Below are positions 54,531-64,000 of a stretch of DNA of 64,000 bases, in pieces. Position 1 is the first letter of the stretch, and every line of letters begins with the position of its first letter. Made by a program: the position numbers and the translations under genes. The stretch comes from the human T2T-CHM13v2.0 reference genome, Homo sapiens: NCBI RefSeq assembly GCF_009914755.1, contig NC_060930.1. One strand, 5' to 3'. The notes beneath the pieces are model-generated. The model was given only the letters and a program-made list of their open reading frames with translations. It was not told where the DNA came from and searched no databases.

Positions 54531-56394
54531 TAACAGGCAAGCACATACTGTAGGCTAAATTAACCCAGTTCCTCAATTTAGTTTGCATTTCCTTGGTGCT
54601 TTTAACATTGGAAAACAAAGTACATATATGTTGAGGGGGTATAAAGTACAGCTCTTAAGTTTGGTATGCATATATGGGGCTGATTCACCAGACATTAAAC
54701 TTCTAGGGTGTGATATGAGGATACATCAGGTATATATGCATTTCCAAATTCTCAAATATAGCAACCAACCACTTGTTTTATAAAATAAGACTCAGTGGCT
54801 TAACTTTACTGATACATTGATGTGGTGGATATCTGTAGATTTTTGTCTTCTCCAAAAAGAAAAAAAAAAAAAACCATTGCTTGGTCTACAAATAGCAAAA
54901 TTGTATTTAACAGGACTCTATCAGCTCCATATTAATAAGCTCTCTAGCACGTTAATATATCCATAATGTGCTGATGTTTATAATGATAGCCTCAGGACTT
55001 TTAAAGAGCCTTAGGGGTCTTCTGATTCATCAAAGAAATACATAAATGCACATACATATATATTTTAACACTGTTCTAAATGTATTGTGTTAAAATTCCT
55101 TGAATTCTGAAATCCATATATACGTAGAAACTTCATTAACAAAAATATTTTAAATAACTATCACATCATATTCCCAGTCCATGATTTATAAAAAAAAACA
55201 AAACCCTGCTTTTAAGTTTCAGTCTGGTATCACCCACGTCACTTTGGTGCGGGTCTCAAATGACAATTTATTTATCCTTTGTTTTTTCCCTGATTTTAGC
55301 TGCATTCACAGGTTATTTTGAGGTCTTAATTGATTCTTTCTCTCTCATTCCTTCCTTCTTCACTGGTTAAAAAAGTAAAAGTAGTTCCAGGTCACAACAC
55401 TTTCTATGCTTTTAGTTCAGCAAAGTAATACTGTCAGCTCAGTCACTGATTCTGAGCTGTTCATTTGTTGATCTATCAGAAAAAAGATGACACCTGTTTG
55501 GCATTCATCTTACAAATTTATTATACTGTTTAATAAATAACAGAAAATACTTAAAAAGATGATATAAAAGACCTAAATCTAAAAGTTGAAGCAAGTGTAC
55601 ATAGAAGAATAATTCTCTCTTACCAACAGAAATACTTGAAAACTGAGATTACAGTGCTTCTGGCAAATTGCATTATTCTTCTGAGTTACACACAAAACAA
55701 CGAATAGAACATAAGAAAGCATAACATTTTATGTATCCAAGGAGGATGATATTTGTGAAGTCCTTCTTACACCTCAATTTCTTTTTAAAGCACAATGAGC
55801 TCTAACTTTCTGAAATAATCAAATTTCTGAGATAAGCTTATATTCCATTGGACTGTCAGTTGGAAAACATTGTGAAATAAGTGGAATCCTTTTTCAGGAG
55901 AATATAATGTTAAAATAAAATACAGATGTGTGAATAATACTACTGTAATAAAGACCATTTCCATGTATTTTATTTGGTAGTAACAACAAAAGTTTTCAGA
56001 AAACATAGTATGAGAATGAAGCATATCCATTTCTTTGGGTTTAGAAATCAAAAGATATCACTGGAAATTCCTCTAGGCTTCTATCATAAATATTTTAAAC
56101 CAGCATAAAAATATTCATTTTAGCCTTCTCATAGTGGGAAGACTAGAGTCTGCTAAGAATTATTAATCAGTAGGTAGATTTTTTTCTTGAAAGAGCTTTT
56201 CAAAATGATTCAGTTACTTAGTAAGTGATCTATTGTTTGACAAACATAAATATCTATTAGAGTATGCATATAGGTCTGTATAAAAACAAACACTTTTTCC
56301 CACTGATTCCCTTTCAAGAACGTAAGTTTATGTTTTGGTGGTTACAAATTATTTATTCTGAAAGAGAGATACTGGTCTTTACGGAAAAGTTTTC

Positions 56395-57190
56395 TAGTTT
56401 TTTTTTCTATTATAAATAATGCTGTGAAGACCATTTGTATACATTTGTGTACATACATTTTGACAGCACACTTAATTCCTTAGGATCAATTCCTAAAAAT
56501 GCAATTGAAACGTCAAGTTTCAAATCTTTTAGAGATGTAAAATAAACATGTTGATAGATATCAAATTTCCAGGTCAATGAAGACTGTTTAGCAGTGTTAG
56601 GGAATGCCCAACTTACAGTGTTCTCATCATCAGTATGTATTATCCTTTTTGAATCCCTGACAATTTCATAGGCTAAAAAGGTTGCCATTTTTTTTTCAAT
56701 TTCTATTTCCTTTATCAGTGAGAAGGCTGAGTATTTTCTTTATATTTGTTAAAGATGAATTTCTTCTTTTGTAAGTTGTTACCAAATGCCTTCTTTTCAT
56801 TTTACCACTGGAGTGTTAGTGGCTATTTTTTTAAATATTATGATTAAAATTTTTTAATATTACCTTTTTACCTTTCAGAATTATGACATATATTAATGCT
56901 TTTTAAATTACATTTAAAGACATGCATATATTCTATATTTTTATGTATGCACATTTACCCATTTCCTTTTGCGATTTCTTCAACTCTTTTTTGTGCTTCT
57001 TCCCATCTTCCCGTTTTAGAATTTTAAAAGGGGGAAGAATATACAATTTTAACATTATGCTTGGCTTTAATTCTTAATCTAGCTGAAGTTTATTTTGGCG
57101 TATACTATAGAATTAGAATCTAACTTGAATATTTTTCCAAAAAGTTATACGATTCACCTCCTACTTGTTGAATTAAACCATCCCTTAACC
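56395..57190 (-). mobile_element. Old L1ME fragments
   Basis: ataaataatgctgtgaagacc...ccttaggatcaattcctaaaa. Confidence 0.55.
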
Positions 57191-57771
57191 AATGATTTAT
57201 GATGTTTCCTTTTTATTTGGTTAGTGTTTCACATGGATGATAAGTGAGGTGGGTCTTGACCAAAGTGTACAAACTGTCCTGGCTGTGGTGGGGAAGGAGG
57301 CATTCCTCGCACGTGGATTAGCATGAGCTTCATGAGGGATTAAAAGGGGAAGAGCAGTTGAAGATGGGGGCTATTCTCACTCTGCCCAATGCCGAAGCCA
57401 GACTCAGAACAATCCCATATGTAAGGCTAAGGAATGTAAATTCATCTAAGGTTTTTTTATTAGAACAGAATAATGATACTTGTTATATGTAGAAATGATT
57501 TATGTAAGTTATAATACACTGATAATCTAAATTTGCTATCAATATTAAAATATTAAAATTGATATCGATATTAAAATATTATTACTAATGAAAGCTAGCA
57601 ACAGCAGATATCATATGGTAGGTAATGTACTAAGGCTTTATACATATTATTTTATTTAATCCTCCCCTTTGTTTTAGAGGAGCATGGATCTTAGGTTAAG
57701 TGACTAGTCCAAGGTCATACAGTTAGAAAATGGTGCAGTTATGCCTGTTTGACGCCAAAGCCCATCTTCTT

Positions 57772-58246
57772 TTTTTAATATTAAAAAAAATCCTTGTTTT
57801 TTAAGGTGTTTCACTATAATGTTTTTATTTTTTCAGTTTTTACTTATGTATAATAGTTGTACATATTCATGGGGTACATGTGTTTTTTTTTTTAATACGT
57901 GCATACAATGTAGAATGATCAAGTCAGGGTAACTGGGATATCTAAACATTCTAGGTCTTCTCTTCTAACTATTTGAAATATACGATAAATTCTTGTTAAT
58001 AATAGTCACTCTACTGAGCTACTGAACACTAGAACTTACTCCTTCTATCTAACTGTGTTTGTACGCATTAACCCACCTCTCTTCATCCCCCATACTCCCA
58101 GGCTCTGGTAACTATTATTCTACTCCCTACCTCCATGAGATCAATTTTATTTTAGCTCTCACACATGACTGCAAACATGTAATATGTGTCTTTCTATGCT
58201 CAGCTTATTTCACTTAACATAATGCCCTCCAGTTCCATCCATTATA
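57772..58246 (-). mobile_element. L1MA 3' end inserted in a MIR
   Basis: 15-bp TSD aaagcccat(c/g)ttctt at 57757-57771 and 58247-58261. gtacatattcatggggtacatg motif. Confidence 0.8.
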
Positions 58247-59192
58247 AAAGCCCATGTTCTTAATAACCAGAATTGCAGCATATTCCAGATATGCTGGTAC
58301 CAGTTACACTTTCAAGACTGTTACTACCAAGCTACAATCACTTCTTAGACATAGGCCGGTTCCCTTCCTGAAAGCAGGAATCATATCTTAATTATCATGG
58401 TTCCTCTTGTACCTAACATAGTAGGTGCTATATAAAATATCCTTGTTGGACTGTTGAAAGGCTATGTTTAAAAATTATATGTAGAATAGTAATAGGTGTA
58501 GAACAAATAATCTTCCAAATAGGAGAAAATGAAGGAAAAACTAGAGGAACTAACTAGGAAAGGTGGTCAAGAATAAGTTGTAGAAGAAGGAAGAGATTAC
58601 AAAAGTGCAGTACCTGTATAAAAGAATAAATGGACATTTAGTCCCTCATTAAAAACTAAAATGAAGTAATGCTTTGTGTAACAAAAAGGCTTATTCTTGA
58701 AAAACTATATTTTATAAATACTTAGACTTTAAATATGGTTCCTTGCTGCCCAGTATCATATTAAATAATGTAATATTTGCCTAATTATTCAGGAAGATAA
58801 ATACTAAACATCACAGTCCAACCAAATTAGAGTTGGCATTACCAAAGAACTGGATTAAATTGACCAGAGCTTTAACTGCAATTGAATCAACTGCATTTTT
58901 CCAGATGAATATATGCCTAATAAAATGGCCAATTTGATTTGCCTGATTTTTCTCTCAGCCAGGTTTCCAATGGGTTCCCGACTGTTTTGCAGATTACTGC
59001 TTAGCCCCAAAAGAAAGAACATTTTTCTTACGAACACAGCTTCCTCATAGCTTTCAAGCCCAAGTTCCTAATTCAAAGAAGTGCTAATCCATTTGCAAAG
59101 CGTCTTAGTGAAGGAGTAATGACCCAGCCATAATCAGTATTACTAATAATAATTACTTTATGATTTCTTCTAATTACTAAGTGGCTTTTTAA

Positions 59193-59217
59193 AAATAAAT
59201 AAATAAATAAATAAATA
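59193..59217. repeat. (AAAT)n
   Basis: Seen directly. Confidence 0.85.
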
Positions 59218-59478
59218 GATGAGCACTCTTAGGAGCACAGACACTGGTCTGAAAGCCAGGATAATGTCACATTAAAGAGCCTTACTGCTTTTTTATTTGG
59301 AGGTAGGATGATGTGGCAGTGAAGGTTCATTTTTTTACAGACCGTCACTCCCGTGTCATAGTCTAAACCCCAGGGCCATGGCTTTCAGTAAAATATTAAC
59401 CTGGGGAGAGAGGACGAAGGGAACAAGGGAGTAGGGCAGAGCAACCAAAAAGAGAGAACTCAGAAAATGCCACTGAAG

Positions 59479-59591
59479 GGGTAACTATGAGAGAGGATGG
59501 CTATGCTAATTTCTTTCACTATAGCAACCACTTTATATCTCATAACATCATGTTGCAGACCTTAAATATACACATTGACATTTATTTTTTT
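59479..59591 (+). mobile_element. Very short L1MA 3'-terminal insertion
   Basis: ggtaactatgagagaggatggctatgctaat...accttaaatatacac, flanked by aaatgcc(a/t)ct(g/t)aag. Confidence 0.65.
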
Positions 59592-60169
59592 AAATGCCTC
59601 TTAAGAGCAAAGATTACTTGGCAGCATAATAGTCACAAGACTGTGTACTTTTTTTTATTCCTCCAAGCCATTAATAATGAAATAAAATGTTTCTTAGTGA
59701 GTCCAATAGGGCTGCTCTTCTGATGGTCAAGGAGAGACTAAGTGTTCTGAATCCCTAAAAATGTAAAGGTGTCCAGAGTAAAGCAGCTCTGAATGCAAAA
59801 GAAAAGCCAAACGTAAATAATAAACTTAAACCAAAACACAGCACAACACAAAACAAAAACCTGTCTAGAGTAAGGTCAGATATGTTCCAACATGTGTCCC
59901 TTAAATATGTATAATGCTTTATAAACATATACATACTAATTATCTAATTACCTTACTGGATACACACAGTAAACCTGTGAAGATGAATAGGGTAGGCATA
60001 ATCACACATTTTTTAATGAATAAAGAAATTGAAGCTTAGAGGGATTAAATAGCTTGCCAGTTACACAAAGAGGTTAAAATGGTCATGCTGAGATTCGAAC
60101 CCATGTTTCTGAAATGCAAATACCCTTAATAAGTCCACCATACTATGGCCACCTCAATGTATTAACGGC

Positions 60170-60770
60170 TTTTACCTACATTCACAGGTCATTCCCCACC
60201 TCCTCAGTTTCAGCTGATGATCTTGCTTCTTAGTTTATGAAAAAATTAAAGTCAACAGAAGGGTATTACTTCAGTATCCCACTATCCAACAGCAACCTCC
60301 TTATATCTGTACTTCAACACTGTATCTTCTATTACAATGGATAAATTGTCTCTACTTGTACCTAAGGCCAATTATTCCATTTATGCATTGATTGCCATTT
60401 GTTTTTTGTTTTTTTAAGGACATTGCTTCTTCCTGTATTATCTCCCCACCCCATCCCTGGGATCATTTCCATGAGCATATAAACATGCTGCAACAGCTTT
60501 AGAAAAAGAAAGAAAATTGATTCCATGCCATCCCTGCCTCCCTAGCTCCATGTAAGGATACTCCTAGCTGTATTTTCTGTCTCTACTTTCTTAAAATTCA
60601 TTCTCTCTTGAATCCTCTCAAATAAGTCTTTTGTCTTCAACCCTCCACTGAAATTACTCATTGAAGATGCCTAGGATCTCCATCTTATTAATTGAAAGAA
60701 TATTCTCAGCTCCCATCTAACTCTGTATCTCAACAGTCTTTAACTCAGTTAATCACTATCCCCTTCTTGT
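60170..60770 (+). mobile_element. L2 fragment, preceded by a MIR (about 59960-60150)
   Basis: tcagctgatgatcttgcttc, tccactgaaattactc and actcagttaatcact. Confidence 0.6.
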
Positions 60771-61718
60771 TTTTTTAGTGACTAGACAATAGGAAAATTT
60801 TTATTTAAAAATTAAAATAGCTTTTAAATTATTTTAAATATATAATTTACTTATTGAAAACATCAGACAATAAACACATAATCAAGAAAAAAATTCTTTA
60901 AAATTCCACCACTCAGAGATGATCTGTGTTAATATATTGGTGTACATTCATCTAAATCTTTTACTATGCATATCTATGCATAGTAATATATATGGCTCAA
61001 GCTACATACACTGTTTGTACCTTAATTTTTTTTCCTTTCACTAAACAGTATGTTGTGGATGGCATTCCATGACTAGAGGCATAGGTGTACATCATTGGAT
61101 TAATGGTTGCACAGTATTTCATTGCATAGATGTACCTTAATTTTAATTATTTTCAACTTTTAGATTCAGTGGGTACATACGCACGTTTGTTACCTGGTAT
61201 ACTGTGTGATGCTGAGGTTTGGGTATGAATGATTCTATCACCCAAGTACTGAACATAGTACCTAACAATTAGTTTTTCAACCCTTGTCCCTCATCCCCTC
61301 TAGCAGTCTCCAGTGTCTACAGTCATCTTTGTGTCCATGAGTACCCACTGTTTAGCTCCCACTTATAGGTGAGAACCTGCAGAATTTGGTTTTCTGTTCT
61401 TGTGTTAATTTGCTTAGGATAATACTGCATCCATGTTGTTGCAAAGGACATGATTTCTTTTTTTTTGTGGCTGTGTAGTATTCCATGGTGTATATGTACC
61501 ACATTTTTTTATCCAATCCACTGTTCATGGGCACTTAGGTTGATTCAATGTCTTTGCTACTGTGAGTAATGCTGAGATAAACATGTGAGTGCATGTGTCT
61601 TTTTGGTAGAAGGATTTGTTTTCTTTTGGATCCCCAGTAATGGGATTGCTGCGTTGTATAGTAGTTGTTTCTAGTTCTTTAAGAAATCTCCAAACTGCTT
61701 TCCACAGTGGCTGAACTA

Positions 61719-62237
<519 letters not shown>

Positions 62238-62421
62238 TCATGTCTTTTACCCATTTTTAAATAGAGTTATTTCGTTTTTTTTGCTTCTTCAATTGCTTAA
62301 GATCCTTATAGATTCTGGATTCTAGACCTTTCTTGGACACATGGTTTGTGAATATTTTCTGTAGGTTGTCTGTTTGGTCTTTTAATAGTTTCTTTTGCTG
62401 TGCAGAAGCTCTTTGGTTTAA

Positions 62422-62761
<340 letters not shown>

Positions 62762-63102
62762 TAGTCATAAATTATTTCTTAAGGCTGATGTCCAGAATGG
62801 GGTTCCCCAGGTTTTCTTCTAGGATTCTTACAGTTTGAAGTCTTAAATTTAAATCTTTAATACACCTTGAGCTAATTTTTGTATATGGTGAAAGGTAGGA
62901 GTCCAGTGTCATTCTTCTGCATATGGGCTAGCGAGTTTATTGAATAGGGAGTCCCTTCTGCATTGCTTATTTTTGTTGACTTTCTTGAAGATTGGGTGAC
63001 TGTAGGTGTGTGGCTTTATTTCTGGTCTCTCTATTCTGTTCCACAGGTTTATGTGTCTGTTTTTGTAGGAATACCATGCTGTTTTGGTTACTGTAACCTT
63101 TT

Positions 63103-63401
63103 TTTATTTATTATTGTTATTTTTTTGAGATGGAGTCTTGCTCTGTCGCCCAGGCTGGAGTGCAGTGGCGCGATCTTGGCTCCACTGCAAGCTCTGCCTC
63201 CTGGGTTCACACCATTCTCCTGCCTCAGCCTCCCGAGTAGCTGGGACTACAGGACCCCACCAACATGCCAGGCTAATTTTTTGTATTTTTTTAGTAGAGA
63301 CGGGGTTTCACCGTGTTAGCCAGGATGGTCTCGATCTCCTGACCTCGTGATCCGCCCTCCTCAGCCTCCCAAAATGCTGGGATTACAGGCGTGGCGCGGT
63401 C
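63103..63401 (-). mobile_element. AluY-like with a rearranged 5' end
   Basis: TSD ggttactgtaacctttt at 63086-63102 and 63402-63418. Confidence 0.9.
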
Positions 63402-64000
63402 GGTTACTGTAACCTTTTAATATAGTTTGAAGTCAGGTAATGTGATGACTCTGGCTTTGTTCTTTTTGCTTAGAATTGCATGGCTATTTGCCCTCTTTTT
63501 TGGTTCTACATGAATTTTAAAATAGGTTTTCCCAATTCTGTGAAAAATGACATTGGTAGTTTGACAGGAATAGCATTAAATCTGTAGATTGCTTTGGGTC
63601 ATATGGCTATTTTAATGATATTGATTCTTGCAATCTATGAGTATGGAATGTTTTTCCATTTGTTTGTGTTATCTATGTTATCTTTTAACAGTATTTTGAA
63701 GTTCTCCTCATAGAGTTCTTTCACCCCCTTGGTTAGATGTATTCCCAGGTATTTAATTTTGTTGTGGCTATTGTAAATAGGATTTCATTCTTTATTTGGC
63801 TCTCAGATTGAACATTATTGGTGTAGAGAAATGTTACTGATTTTTGTACACTGAGTTTGTATCCTGGAACCTTGCTAAAATCGTTTGTTGGTTTTAATAT
63901 TCTTCTGGTGAAGTCTTTAGGGTTTTCTAAGTATATAATCATATCACCACCAAAGAGAGATAGTTTGACTTCTTCTTTTCCTATTTGGATGTCTTTTATT

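Noticed and set aside
60085-60105. tRNA-like gctgagattcgaaccc
   Set aside because: It is the tRNA-derived head of a MIR and does not form a cloverleaf.

Overview
This is primate, almost certainly human, genomic DNA, so most entries in the ORF track are artefacts. The window holds the 3' end of ASCC3 (ASC-1 complex subunit 3 helicase) on the minus strand. Six GT-AG exons (33897-34121, 11734-11885, 9923-10070, 6452-6661, 3675-3850, 3129-3276) splice in frame to give the last 352 aa (the second Sec63 region), ending ...SDSLTDLALK*. A 3' UTR with several AATAAA signals follows. Position 34122 to the end of the window appears to be a single intron. The introns contain three L1-mediated retrocopies: a full-length, disabled DCUN1D1 processed pseudogene antisense to ASCC3, an H3-3A (H3F3A) 3'-UTR retrocopy inside an old L1, and a tiny polyadenylated MER41-like LTR end. 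They also contain many Alu, L1, L2, MIR, Tigger/MER and Charlie elements, and several repeat-free blocks rich in homeobox/POU motifs that are candidate long-range enhancers (SIM1 is the known neighbour of ASCC3). I see no evidence for a new multi-gene system. The best leads are the retrocopies, the octamer cluster, a duplicated splice donor that would create a stop codon, and an Alu-flanked in-frame exon that could circularise. Family assignments come from recalled consensus sequences, not from a search.
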